A stretch of 64,000 nucleotides of DNA from Octopus vulgaris (lineage: Eukaryota). The notes under the pieces are model-generated. The model searched no databases. It saw only the letters and a program-made list of their open reading frames with translations, and was not told the DNA's origin. The stretch spans positions 40,982,001 to 41,046,000 of the forward strand of contig OX597829.1 of the NCBI GenBank assembly GCA_951406725.2, given 5' to 3'. Each line of letters opens with the position of its first letter. Positions within the stretch are counted from its first letter, which is position 1. The position numbers were made by a program, and so were the translations under genes. Positions 39,284 to 52,168 of the stretch are shown piece by piece.

Positions 39284-39300
39284 CTCACTGTCTTTCTCCC
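38913..39300. repeat. (CT)n-derived minisatellite with ~37-bp higher-order unit
   Basis: TTTTCCCACTC(C/T)CTCTCTTACTCTCTTTCTCTCTC recurs about six times. Confidence 0.85.
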
Positions 39301-39822
39301 TGAGTTCCTCTTAGTCTCTCACAGGACCCTAATATCAAATTCTCGTGTGACCCTTTACTTCTGAACAGTACAGTTTGTTAAACCTCCAGTTTAAACGACG
39401 TTTGTTAACATGATCAAAATGTCAAAGGTCGGCTAATTAAGAAAATTAGCCGACGTTCGTTTTCCTTTTCTAATTTTTTTCTTTTTTAAGAAATGGTTAC
39501 AACCATATAAAATCAAGTTGGAATAAAGGATACCAGTAGCTTCTATCAAATTATTCTTCTTATACAAGTAAACTCCTTCTTATCCGGTACTCAAATAACC
39601 GGAACTCTCAAGCAACCGGCTTACAGAATAAAAAAAAAAAGAAGAGAAGAAAGAAAAGAAAATGTGTTGTTAATTAAATTCAAGAGAAAGGCAATAAGCT
39701 GGCAGGATCGCTAGAGCGTCGCACAAAATGATAACAGCATTTCATGACGATTTACGTTCTCAGTTCAAAATCCACCGAGGTTGACTGTCTTCCATCACTT
39801 TTCGAGTCAATAAAATAAGTTT

Positions 39823-39985
39823 AGGCACGGACGTGGCTGTGTGGTGAGAAGTTTGCTTCCCAACCACACAGTTCCGGGTTCAGTCCCACTGCGTGGTACC
39901 TTGCGCAAATGTTTTCTAATGTAGCCTCAGGTCGACCAAAGCCTTGTGAGTGAATTTGGTAGACGGAAAATGAAAGAAGCTTATG

Positions 39986-39990
<5 letters not shown>
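39823..39990 (+). mobile_element. SINE family B 5' half
   Basis: Head to GAAAGAAGC, then (TA)n. Confidence 0.82.
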
Positions 39991-40039
<49 letters not shown>

Positions 40040-40049
40040 ATATAGCAAT

Positions 40050-40389
40050 ATTATTATTAATAATAATAGTAGGGAATATAATTCCAAACTTACAGGGAAA
40101 AATTCAATTTAGCAATTCTAAATCAAATTTCACAATATATAATATATGTATATAACTAAGAGAAAAAACCTCTATTATACAATTCAATAATGAAAAACAT
40201 TATCTATATTATATAGAAAGAAATTAAATATACTATAATAAATATTATTAAAAAATTCAATAAATCAAATAAACATTAAATAAACATTTAATTGAATTTT
40301 TTAATAATATTTATTATTGTATATTTAAATTTTTTCTATATAATATAGATATCTTTCACTATTGAATTACTTAATAGAGGTTATTTCTC

Positions 40390-40392
<3 letters not shown>
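40050..40392. repeat. AT-rich fold-back element related to 16645-16948
   Basis: Shares AGGGAATA..TCCAAA.TTACAGGGAAAAAT; imperfect inverted arms at about 40157-40261 / 40291-40392. Confidence 0.75.
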
Positions 40393-40442
<50 letters not shown>

Positions 40443-40504
40443 GGTATTATCTGGTAGTTGATTATTAATTAAGATGTATTTCTCCATTTCCTTATTTTGG
40501 ATTT

Positions 40505-40700
<196 letters not shown>

Positions 40701-40806
40701 GTTTAATAAATTATGTGATTGGGTATTATCTGGTAGTTGATTATTAATTAAGATGTATTTCTCCATTTCCTTATTTTGTATTTTATATATATATATATAT
40801 ATATAT

Positions 40807-41440
40807 AACATTATTGGTGAATTGAAGAAATGGAGCTGAACACAGATTGAACAGAAATCGTTTTATTTCATTCTACACGTGTTTCGAAAGGCACAAATTA
40901 CCAAAATCCGATGGAATAATGGGACCATATTGTGTCTTTCTCTTCAGGAAGAAAATAGGAAATCCGTTGGAAAAACAAAAACAGAACAGAGGCGGAGCAA
41001 AAACAAATCGAACTATGCTCCTAAGAGCCCATGGCGAAACTGTTTACTGATAAACAGTTTCGCCATGGGCTCTTAGGAGCATAGTTCGATTTGTTTTTGC
41101 TCCGCCTCTGTTCTGTTTTTGTTTTTCCAACGGATTTCCTATTTTCTTCCTGAAGAGAAAGACACAATATGGTCCCATTATTCCATCGGATTTTGGTAAT
41201 TTGTGCCTTTCGAAACACGTGTAGAATGAAATAAAACGATTTCTGTTCAATCTGCGTTCAGCTCCATTTCTTCAATTCACCAATAATGTTCTAATTTCAA
41301 TTATCCGCACCAACGCACGGTTGCAACACCATATGGTTGTACCTCCAACCGTGCTGTTTTACTGCTGTGATTTTTGCTACTAAGGTATCGGTTAAACTTT
41401 TGATTAATCTACTACAAGATTATTCATCTTTCTATTTCAC
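40807..41440 (+). mobile_element. Penelope-type terminal-repeat insertion with a 240-bp inverted 5' duplication
   Basis: Arms 40807-41046 / 41051-41290, 4-nt spacer, one mismatch seen; right arm continues ~150 bp to (TA)n; contains a hammerhead followed by AATAAA. Confidence 0.8.
41147..41226 (+). ncRNA. Minimal type I hammerhead ribozyme, canonical core (mirror copy on minus strand 40871-40950)
   Basis: TTC-CTGAAGA-GAAAGACACAA..TTGTGCCTTTC-GAAA-CACGTG-TA-GAA: all core nucleotides present, long stem II, palindromic stem III, GUA site at 41221-41223. Confidence 0.8.
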
Positions 41441-41697
<257 letters not shown>

Positions 41698-41775
41698 GTT
41701 TAATAAATTATGTGATTGTGTATTATCTGGTAGTTGATTATTAATTAAGATGTATTTCTCCATTTCCTTATTTTG

Positions 41776-41952
<177 letters not shown>

Positions 41953-42402
41953 TCGCGTCCAGCAGCCGTTATGGCAAGACACACTTGTTTGTCTCTCTGT
42001 AGCCTTAAGGCTCTCTTCTAACGCCAGCTCAAAAATTTTCTCTTCCTGTCGAAAAGACGCCTGTCTGTGACGTCCTGTTTTTGTTGTTATTTTATCATTA
42101 TTGTTTTTACGTATTTTTGTATTCTTATTCGTGTAACATCGTCCGTTTTTCCGTCCTTGTTTTGTATACATTCGAGGCTTTCTTCCAAGGAATCTAATGC
42201 GCTTGGCTTAGATTTTCCTTTGGGGCTGGCCAGGTCGGAGCAATCTCAAGATTAATCAGCCGAAATTGCGAAGATGATCCGGTTCTTGACTGAAGATTGA
42301 AGGCTTCGAATGTCTGTGTTTTTTGTGTCGTCTTCTAAATGTTTCGCGTTCTTGTCCCAGTTTGTATTTTTTTACTTTTACATATATATATATATATATA
42401 TA

Positions 42403-42717
42403 TACTCTTACTCTTTTACTTGTTTCAGTCATTTGACTGCGGCCATGCTGGAGCACCGCCTTTGATCGAGCAACTCGACCCCGGGACTTATTCTTTTGTA
42501 AGCCCAGTACTTGTTCTATCGCTCTTTTTTGCCGAACCGCTAAGTGACGGGGACATAAACACACCAGCATCGGTTGTCAAGCAATGCTAGGGAGACAAAC
42601 ACATACACACAAACATACACACGCATACATATATATATACATACATATATACGACGGGCTTCTTTCAGTTTCCGTCTACCAAATCCAGTCACAAGGCTTT
42701 GGTCGGCCCGAGGCTAT
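42403..42717 (-). mobile_element. SINE family B, 5'-truncated
   Basis: Homology to other B copies. Confidence 0.9.
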
Positions 42718-43034
42718 GATGGACTCTCTCGTCGTTAGACGACGTATGAGGGTTCGATTATTTCTTATCGAACAACCACACAGATGATTTGTTTATAGTG
42801 ATCAAATGCTTGTGTAGACATAAGCTCATCCCCCCCCCCATCAAATCGACATTACCTGTACAGGTGTAACGAGTGCCACATAGCGGATGACGAAGTGATC
42901 GCAGAGCAACGTGAAATGATGTGCTTTGCTCAAGAACACAACGCAACGCCTTAACCCACTATCTCGCAATCGTGAGTGTAATACCTTAACCACTGATCCA
43001 AGCATCTTACATATGTGTGTGTGTGTGTGTATGC

Positions 43035-43073
<39 letters not shown>

Positions 43074-43084
43074 CATATTTATAT

Positions 43085-43270
43085 ATAAGGGGAAGGTTTA
43101 CGAAAATAAACAAAAGACGAAGGCAGGTGGAATACAAACAAACAATTGTATTAGTATGGCGCTCAGGAATAGAAATAAAACAAGTCTTTTACATTTCGAG
43201 CCTACGCTCTTCGACAGAAAGATACACAGAAAAGAAAAACAAAGAAAGAAACAAGGAGAGAAAAAAATGC
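43085..43270 (-). mobile_element. Short (TA)-abutting element carrying a variant hammerhead fold
   Basis: Diverged homologue of 50470-50592 (shared CTAATACA..CACCT..CTTCGTCTTTTGTTT). Confidence 0.7.
43185..43222 (-). ncRNA. Variant minimal hammerhead-like motif
   Basis: TCTTT-CTGTCGAA-GAGC-GTAG-GCTC-GAAA-TG-TA-AAAGA. Confidence 0.55.
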
Positions 43271-43344
43271 GTGTATGAGCTAACGGTCCAACATATGCAT
43301 ATATACACACATACATACATATACATTCACACACACACACACAC

Positions 43345-43565
43345 ACACTCACCACATATTTGTCCCCCACCACCGCTTAACAACTGGTGTTGGTGTGTTT
43401 ACGTCCCCATACCTTAGCGGCTCGGCAAAACAGACCGATAGAATAAGTACTCGGCTTAAGACAAAAAATAACAAAGTCCTGCGGTCGATTTGCTCGACTG
43501 ATAATCCTTCAAGGCGGTGCCCCATCATGGTCGCAGCCAACTGAGTGAAACAAGTAAAAGATAAA
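43345..43565 (+). mobile_element. SINE family B 3' half
   Basis: TGTCCCCCACCACCGCTT..GACCGATAGAATAAGTAC..GAAACAAGTAAAAGA. Confidence 0.8.
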
Positions 43566-43651
43566 AAGAAAAGATATGTACTGGAATTGATGCAATCGAC
43601 TAGGATAATCGCCCCAAATTTCAGACCGTGTGCCCATAACAGAAAGAATTA

Positions 43652-44332
43652 CCGTATTTGATGGCCTATAAGTTGCACCCTTTTTTTTTACCCAAAAATG
43701 GCTTAAACCCCTCCACCACTGTGTCCAATGCACTCAATGTAGGCTCAAAACTCAATGTAGGCTCAAAACTTAAAGTAGGCTCAAAGTTATACAGGTAAGT
43801 GGAGGCGAGCTGGCAGAAACGTTAGCACGCCGTGCGAAATGCATTGCGTAGCTATTTCGTCTGCCGTTACGTTCCGAGTTCAAATTCCGTCGAGGTCGAC
43901 TTTGTCTTTCATCCTTTCGGTGTCGATTAAATAAGTACCAGTTACGCACTGGGGTCGATATAATCGACTTAATCTGTTTGTCTCTCCTTGTTTGTCCCCT
44001 CTATGTTTAGCCCCTTGTGGGTAGTAAAGAAATAGGTATTTCGTCTGTCGTTACGTTCTGAGTTCAAATTCCGCCGAGGTCAACTTTGCCTTTCATCCTT
44101 TCGGTGTCGATTAAATAAGTACCAGTTACGCACTGGGGTCGATATAATCGACTTAATCCGTTTGTCTGTCCTTGTTTGTCCTCTCTGTGTTTAGCCCCTT
44201 GTGGGTAGTAAAGAAATAGGTAAGTGGAGGAATTAAAACATTATTTTAGAGGTAATTTATTTTACAAAAGTATAACCTAGGCTAAGGTGCGTCCTATGCA
44301 CCCGTGCGTCTTATATAGCCCATCAAATACGG
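43652..44332. mobile_element. Tc1/mariner-pogo type MITE with TA TSD, containing a nested SINE A dimer
   Basis: TA|CCGTATTTGATGG.CTATA ... TATAG.CCATCAAATACGG|TA; internal 18-bp triplicate at about 43732-43785. Confidence 0.8.
43804..44220 (+). mobile_element. SINE family A dimer
   Basis: Invariant junction near 44036; flanking direct repeat AGGTAAGTGGAGG at 43793-43805 and 44218-44230. Confidence 0.92.
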
Positions 44333-44740
44333 TAGATCAAGGTAATTTGCGTTAATTAATAATTCTCATTTAAAAAAATGTTTTTTATGTGTATAAAATG
44401 GATCGTTGCCTCCATTTGTAGTACCCATATTTTATTAGTTTAATAGAACTTGTTTTTTAATCTGTTATATTTTTATTTCTTACTCTTTCTCTCATTCCTA
44501 TGTTCAGAATACTAATGATAATCACAGATGCATATATATATATGGTTTTAATGAGTTCTTCCCCCCGGGTAGGGGTAGTTTACTGTAATTACTTAAAACA
44601 ATTTACTAATACATCTTGATCTACCTTTCATACATATTGTTAGTTTGTTATTCTCAGGTACACAGATTACAAATTATTTGCATTCGACATACCTTCTAGT
44701 ATGATTAGCAAATTTCACACGTGCGAAATCGTGTTCATAA

Positions 44741-44827
<87 letters not shown>

Positions 44828-44855
44828 TATTACTATTATTATTATTATTATTATT
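44741..44855. repeat. (AAT)n followed by inverted (ATT)n
   Basis: Direct reading. Confidence 0.95.
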
Positions 44856-45609
44856 GCTGAAGGCACTACACAGAATCTGTAGGAAGACAAGTGTCAATAA
44901 AAACCTGGTAATTGCTATTTCCACAGAAAAAATTAATTATCTTTTATAGAGAAATATTGTCTTTCAAATGTATTTTTCTGCTACCGGTGTCTGAGAGTGT
45001 TGGAAGGTTTCCTTCAGTCGCTTCTCAATGCCTCTTCTTCAAAGAACTTTTGTCTTTCTTCATTCTTCTCGCGCTCCGTCTTTCATTTTCTTTCTTTAGT
45101 TTTTTTTTGTTGTTGTTGTTTTTTTTCTTCCTTATGCGTTTCGCGGAATATCTAAACGACATTGTTTCTTCTTTCTTTTGTCTCGAGGGGTTGTGGTCAT
45201 TTCTTTGTAGTTTGAATTTATTCACTCGCCACCCGTCCAATAATTGTTTCCTATGTGAATAAAATATTTCCTTTTCTTCTTTATCTTTTTCTTATCTTAT
45301 CTTTTTTTTTTTTTTTTCGCGTTTCTCAAATCTCGGAAATCTATTCTCCAATAGCAATGAATCTGTGGATTCAATGTTAATTTTTCTGTTCTTGAACTAT
45401 TTCTTTATTTATTTAATTATTATTATTTTATATCATATTTGTTAAACATTACTTTTATTACTTACAAATTTCCAAAGCGCCTTTCACCAGTTCACTGCTT
45501 TCTTCTGCCAGAGAGAATGATAACGGGGGAGTCTCAGTAACTCGATGTAGAACAAATATAGCAAAGTGAACATCTTCAAAATATCTTTGAATATCTTAAA
45601 AAGTTGTAC

Positions 45610-45664
45610 GCATGCATACAAACATACATGCAGATATACATACATACGTACGTACGTACATACA

Positions 45665-45698
<34 letters not shown>

Positions 45699-45736
45699 CA
45701 TACGTACGAGCGTACATACATACCTACATACATACA

Positions 45737-45770
<34 letters not shown>

Positions 45771-45908
45771 CATACATGCATGCATACATACATACATACA
45801 TACATATATATATACATACATATATACATACATATATACATACATACATGCATGCATACATACATACATACGTACGTACGTACGTACATGCATACATACA
45901 TACATACA

Positions 45909-45942
<34 letters not shown>

Positions 45943-46060
45943 CATACCTACATACATACATACATACATACATAAATACATACATACATACATACATAAA
46001 TACATACATACATACATACATTCATACATACATACATACATGCATGCATGCATGCGTGCA
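45610..46060. repeat. Degenerate (TACA)n microsatellite
   Basis: Direct reading. Confidence 0.95.
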
Positions 46061-46074
46061 AACACAAAAATGCG

Positions 46075-46195
46075 TTAGAAAATGTCGACGGGACTATAAC
46101 TGTGTGGAAGACATTGCCCATATTCTCAGCGGCTGTCCAAGTATATCAGCAAAATACTACATTCCCATGGGGCATGACATAGTCGACAATCTCAA
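46075..46195 (+). mobile_element. Tiny remnant of an RLE-type non-LTR element (R2/R4/Dong-like zinc knuckle region)
   Basis: KCRRDYNCVEDIAHILSGCPSISAKYYIPMGHDIV resembles CxxC..E...HI.SGC......Y..RHD. Confidence 0.6.
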
Positions 46196-46333
46196 CAATC
46201 AAGAATTCTTCCAAAGTAGACACGAGTTCCCGCCTCAACAGACGTCATCAGTGTGATAATTGTCCTAACCTATGCTACCGACGAAACTGAATCATTTTCC
46301 TGCGCTTTTTTTTTTTTTTTTTTGGCAAATTTA

Positions 46334-46750
46334 GGCGCAGGCGTGGCTGTGTGGTAAGAAGCTCGCTTCCCTACCACATGGTTCCGGGTTCAGTGTCACA
46401 GCGTGGCAAATGTATTCTACTATAGCCTCAGGCCGACCAAAGCTTTGCGAGTGGATTTGGTAGACAAAAACTGAGAGATGCCAGTCGTGTGTGTGTGTGT
46501 GTGTGTGTGTGTGTTTACACCTGTGTGAGCTCTATGAGTCTGTGTTTGTTCTCACCATCACCACCACTGCTTGACAACCCGTATTGGTGTGTTTACTTCC
46601 CCTGTAACTTAGTGGTTCGGCAAAGAGATCGATAGAATAAGTGCCAAGCTTTTAAAAAAAGTACTGGGGTCGATTCATTCGACTAAAAATTCTTCAAGAC
46701 GGTGCCCCAGTATGGCCGTAGTCTAATAACTGAAACAAATAAAAGATAAA
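46334..46750 (+). mobile_element. SINE family B, diverged full length
   Basis: Head, internal (GT)n, tail. Confidence 0.87.
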
Positions 46751-47169
46751 TTACCAAGGCTATGAATGTGTTCCATTCTTCTCACATTAAATCAATCTCT
46801 CTTAACTATTGGAGATAAGATGACACAACTGCTGTGCTGATGAAGCTTATCGAGGCAGAAAGCCGTGTCCAGAACTATCTTCTTATCTCCTGGCAACAAG
46901 GCTATCCTTTTCCTAAATGTAGAGTCAGACAGGGAGAAACTCTTGAATCTCGAGGTTACCTCCCCTTCTCCTATGGAGCTGGTCTTAACTGCTATTTGGT
47001 AAGTACGGTACATCCTCTTGAAACTGGAACGCCTTTAATAGATGAAGAATTCGTTTTGTATGGTATTTCATAAACCTGTAGCTGTCGACGTTGTGATCTT
47101 TTTCTGTCTGTTTTCTTTATTGTTTCAGCTAGAATCTTCTTAAAGATATCTCTCTGGTTGATATTTGTT

Positions 47170-47712
47170 GCGGCGGCAGCGGCGGCGGATGCGGAGGAGG
47201 AGGCAGCGGCGGCAGCGCCGGAGAGGCAGCGGCGGCAGCGGCGGCGGTGGCGGCGGCGGATGCGGCGGCGGCGGCGGCGGCGGCAGCGGCGGCAGCGGCG
47301 GCGGCGGCGGCAGCGGCGGCAGCGGCGGCAGCGGCGGCAGCGGCGGCAGCGGCGGCAGCGGCGGCAGCGGCGGCAGCGGCGGCAGCGGCGGCAGCGGCGG
47401 CAGCGGCGGCAGCGGCGGCAGCGGCGGCAGCGGCGGCAGCGGCGGCAGCGGCGGCAGCGGCGGCAGCGGCGGCAGCGGCGGCAGCGGGGGCAGCGGCGGC
47501 AGCGGCGGCAGCGGCGGCAGCGGCGGCAGCGGCGGCAGCGGCGGCAGCGGCGGTATTGGCGGCAGCGGCGGCAGCGGCGGCAGCGGCGACATCGGCGACG
47601 GCGGCGACGGCGGCGACAGCGGCGGCAGCGGCGGCGGCGGTGGCGGTGGTGGTGGTGGTGGTGGTGGCGGCGGCGGCGGCGATGAAAATCGCAGTCGTCG
47701 TCGTCGTCGTGG
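47170..47712. repeat. GC-rich 9-bp minisatellite (GGCGGCAGC)n with GGC/GGT/GTC flanks
   Basis: More than 25 tandem 9-mers; open in several frames because the repeat has no stop codons. Confidence 0.95.
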
Positions 47713-47824
47713 ATAAAAGATGTTATTTCAGGACAAATACTCCAATGACTGACCTATCGACATTGCGTACACATTAAGTATGATACTTAGATAGCTATTT
47801 TAATAAAATTCTACCTTATAAAGT

Positions 47825-47855
<31 letters not shown>

Positions 47856-48037
47856 CGTATGTATGTATGTATGTATGTATGTATGTATGTATGTATGTAT
47901 GCATGTATGTATGTATGTATGTATGTATGTATGTATGTATGTATGTATGTATGTATGTATGCGTGTATATATAACAGAGTGGCTTCAACAGTGCGGTTAT
48001 CGTTCTTATTCTGTTTTGTAAGATACTGTATTTTTTT

Positions 48038-48074
<37 letters not shown>

Positions 48075-48679
48075 GAGTGGCGGGCGGGGGGGGGGGCGAG
48101 AGTCGGGTTGCCTGTTTCTGTGTCCATCGTTGTTATTGAATGGTTTCCGATGAGATCTTTTGTTTCTTTTACGTTGTCTTTTTATAGAGCATTGGCCATG
48201 ATTTTATCGTATTATTTTTTTTAATTCTATTTATTCATTTTTTAGCTTTTTTTTTCCCCTTCTTTGGCCTATTTTTTTTTTCTTTTCTTTTCTTTTCCTG
48301 TGACGTATCGTATCTTGTTTTGAGTTACTGGGATGTTTGTGATTCAATATTTGTTCTACTGAAATATATTATTTTTTTTTTCTGGTTTCGGTTCATTTGT
48401 TCTATATCCTTTTTTACTACTTTTCTCGAGACGTAAAACTAGAATTACTTTCTTTTCTGACGTTTTTCTGGGGTTTTTTTTTTTTTTTTTTTTTTTTAAG
48501 CCAAGGCTCGTTGATTACAAGCGATATTATTTCAGAGAGCCTGTTTATCTCGTCTCGGTTTGGTAATCTAGGTGTTTCGCATGTTGAATGAATCGTTTCG
48601 TTGGAGTTGTTTCCTGCTTCGTTATCGTTCAAAAGTTGTTGAACATACAGTGATATTACACACACACACACACACACAC

Positions 48680-48712
<33 letters not shown>

Positions 48713-48735
48713 CGTTTATGCACGCACGCAAGAAA

Positions 48736-48784
<49 letters not shown>

Positions 48785-48923
48785 TATCTCAAATACACAC
48801 ATATCTTATTATAAGGAGCTAAACTCTCCTATATGCAAACCACGTATCTACCAATATTTCGAATGATATCACTACGCCGATGCGCATGTAACTACATACA
48901 CACGGACATTTACATACAAAGTA

Positions 48924-48964
<41 letters not shown>

Positions 48965-48975
48965 TGTGTGTGTTT

Positions 48976-49042
<67 letters not shown>

Positions 49043-49303
49043 ATACACTCGTGACCTAGTGGTTTGGCGTGTTGTGTTCTTGGGCAAAAAAAAAACACGC
49101 GTTGTGTTCTTGTGTTGGTCCGGTCCAATCAGCTGTAGATGGGTGACTCTGAGACAGAGCAGCCAGCCTTCCAATAAGTGGCAAATGTTGGGGCCTACTC
49201 ACCTAGCCAGCAGAGCGGCATCATCGATGCAAAGCTAAATCAATGCAAAGCGCATTGTCTCCAGCGATGTATAATAACATCCGATAGTCTAAGCGATCAT
49301 GCG

Positions 49304-49356
<53 letters not shown>

Positions 49357-49426
49357 AAGGTTAGTTAAGTTAGAGATTAAAATAACCATCTAAGGGATAG
49401 AAGTATTCATTACACTACCGGTATAT

Positions 49427-49836
49427 TCTCTTTACTCTTTACTCTTTTACTTGTTTCAGTCATTTGACTGCGGCCATGCTGGAGCACCGCCTTTTAGTCG
49501 AGCAAATCGACCCCGGGACCTATTCTTTGTAAGCCCAGTACTTATTCTATCGGTCTCTTTTGCCGAACCGCTAAGTGACGGGGACGTAAACACACCAGCA
49601 TCGGTTGTCAAGCAGTGCTAGGGGGACAAACACAGACACACAAACACACATATATATATGTACACATATATACGACAGGCTTCTTTCAGTTTCCGTCTAC
49701 CAAATCCACTCACAAGGCATTGGTCGGCCCGGGGCTATAGCAGAAGACACTTGCCCAAGATGCCACGCAGTGGGACTGAACCCGGAACCATGTGGTTGGC
49801 TAGCAAGCTACTTACCACACAGCCACTCCTGCGCCT
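49427..49836 (-). mobile_element. SINE family B, full length
   Basis: Complete head to (AAAGAGT)n tail. Confidence 0.92.
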
Positions 49837-49936
49837 ATGTTCAACTATAGGCATACATATACAAGCATATTATGCTTAATAAATTATAGTTAACAACAAG
49901 GATAAACATGAGTTTATCAAGAATCAAAGTTTAAAG

Positions 49937-50060
49937 AAAACAGAAAATGGAAATAATGTAGATATGAGCAACAATTGACTTACATCAATTAAATAAAAAA
50001 ATAAATAATAAATAATGTAAGTCAATTGTTGTTCATCAATACTTCTCCATTTTCTATTTT
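49937..50060. repeat. Imperfect AT-rich palindrome
   Basis: ATGAGCAACAATTGACTTACAT / ATGTAAGTCAATTGTTGTTCAT; outer AGAAAATGGA / TCCATTTTCT. Confidence 0.75.
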
Positions 50061-50069
50061 ATTTAAATA

Positions 50070-50453
50070 CTAGCAGTATCGCCCGGCGTTGCTCGGGTTT
50101 GTAAGGGAAATAACTATAAAGCATTTTTAGAGAGTTATAGCCAAACAATAGCAAAAAAATGGGAAAAAAAATTATGGTAAATTTTTTTTTGATAGTTAAA
50201 AAGGTCGAGTTGCGTCCCCTAGACCATCTGTGGTTTGTGATTCTGATTGTCGACCCCATGTCGAATTTATCGATCTTTTTCAGAACTGGGGGAACTTTTC
50301 AAAATTTTCGCTGCGTTAGTTTTGAATTATGACATTGGGCTATGTGTGTGTCAAGTTTCATCAGAATCGGTTGAAAGCCGTGGTCAGGGTGAGGGTACAA
50401 GCAAACAGACACACAGAAACACACACAGACAAACTGCCGTTTATATAGAGAGA
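50070..50453 (-). mobile_element. Non-autonomous Helitron (H3: H1-type 3' end, H2-like 5' end)
   Basis: First ~70 bp on + nearly identical to 9510-9580; other end GCCGTTTATATAGAGAGA resembles 32260-32281; A|T target. Confidence 0.85.
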
Positions 50454-50485
50454 TATGTATATTTATTTATTTATTTTCTCTTATT

Positions 50486-50523
50486 CCTTTCTGTTGAAGA
50501 ACGTATGTTCGAAACGTAAAAGG
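50486..50523 (+). ncRNA. Variant minimal hammerhead-like motif
   Basis: CCTTT-CTGTTGAA-GAAC-GTAT-GTTC-GAAA-CG-TA-AAAGG. Confidence 0.6.
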
Positions 50524-50610
50524 CTTTCTCACTTTCCCGAGCATCAAACTAATACATCTGCTTGTTGTTCATACACCTATCTTCGTCTTTTGTTTTCTAT
50601 AAATTTCAAC

Positions 50611-50687
<77 letters not shown>

Positions 50688-50693
<6 letters not shown>

Positions 50694-50770
50694 TTAAAAG
50701 CAGTAGAAATTCAACAAAGCCTGTTACTCGGAGTTTCACTTTCCCGTTCGTAGGACAGTTTTGTTAAACT
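50688..50770 (-). mobile_element. Fragment of the 32671-32890 element between (TA)n tracts
   Basis: Minus strand CTGT-CCTACGA-ACGGGAAAGT-GAAA-CTCCGAG-TA-ACAG; core mutated, stems retained. Confidence 0.75.
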
Positions 50771-51187
50771 ATATATATATATATATATATATCACCCAGC
50801 GAACACCCACCATGGGTCATCACAATTGCTCATGGTAAAAATGAATTCCTCGCTCTTTCGGGAACATCAATCTTCTGTATTGACTGCTTTCCACCACTTT
50901 GATCTGTTTTTTATATTGAATACGTATCGCCACCGTGGGCCACTGCATCGAACACTTTGAACATATAGCATGAATGAACTTACTTCAAACTATATATGAA
51001 CTTTAAGATGTCTGACTCCGTTGTGTATTGTAAATGAATTTCTTGTGTTTGACGGCATGAGCTGTCTTTTTTTATATATAACTTTTTTTGATAAGGTTCA
51101 TTTCAGGAACTGAAACATGTTATAATGTATATATAAAAATTAAAAATTGTATAATATAGCAGCATTTTCGAACTTCATTTTTTACAA

Positions 51188-51245
<58 letters not shown>

Positions 51246-52168
51246 ATATAGTTTATTGCTTCGTTAAGGTAAGATCAACAAAAGAGTATTCCACCTAGTG
51301 AGATAAATATTTAATGTACATAGTATAAAGGTACTAGCTACTAATAGTTACATGCATTGGAGACGAGAGTTTAGTTAAAGTTTAAGACTCCAAGCAGTGT
51401 TTAGGTTCTGAGCACATGACCTGTTCAATTTACAAATCAGAATGCAAGAACAAGAGAAACCACGAGAAAAAAAAACGAGAAGGTAGATACAAAAAGTGAA
51501 AGGGTGAAGAACAAAACAGGAAAAGAAAAGGAAAAATTGCATTTATGTCTCCTTTGGCCGTAATGCTATAATGCTGTTGTAGAATAATTCAAAAGAGAGG
51601 GGTCCAGATTCTGCGAGATAACTGCTCAGTCCGGAGGGTGATGTCCTCCAATTCACCAAAAGGAATTTGTCTATATGTTTGCCTTTTCTGAAAATTTCTT
51701 ATCTGGAATTCAGTAGTACATAAGATAAATCTAAAGCCGTTAGACTGAAGAAGATTGCCTTGACATATTTCATAACTGAAAGAACTCCAATGCTATCATT
51801 TTTTTCTTATAACTATCACTCACAGGTACTTATCTGAATTGGGTAGACTTACTTATACACCCTACTTTAGTTGGTATCGTGATTAAATACGTAATACATA
51901 TAAATGCTCGTAATCATCTTTTCTAAAAGCCAAAAGAATGCAAATCATAAACATAATACAGGTCGATTGTTTTACTGGGTATTTCAATACTTCAGGGTTA
52001 GGCCCTCTTCTTCAGGAAACGTATAGAGAACAGACGTTATTAGCTGCTTTTTCCGTGTTGTAGTAGTGTGGGTGTATGAAGGGTTGTTTTGCGTTGCTAT
52101 AGTAACTAATCAACCGCATGGTGGTTATATTTGTTAATTTCTTTTATTATCGAGTTTTCAATGTTTCT

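Noticed and set aside
46834-47160. Possible host exon (79-aa ORF, GTAAGT donor near 46999, pyrimidine-CAG acceptor near 47128)
   Set aside because: Splicing leads to a stop within five codons and there is no recognisable domain; RVRQGETL may be an RT remnant but is too short to call.
47158-47777. Gly/Ser- or Ala-rich structural protein exon
   Set aside because: Pure 9-bp repeat with no synonymous variation and no supportable gene context.
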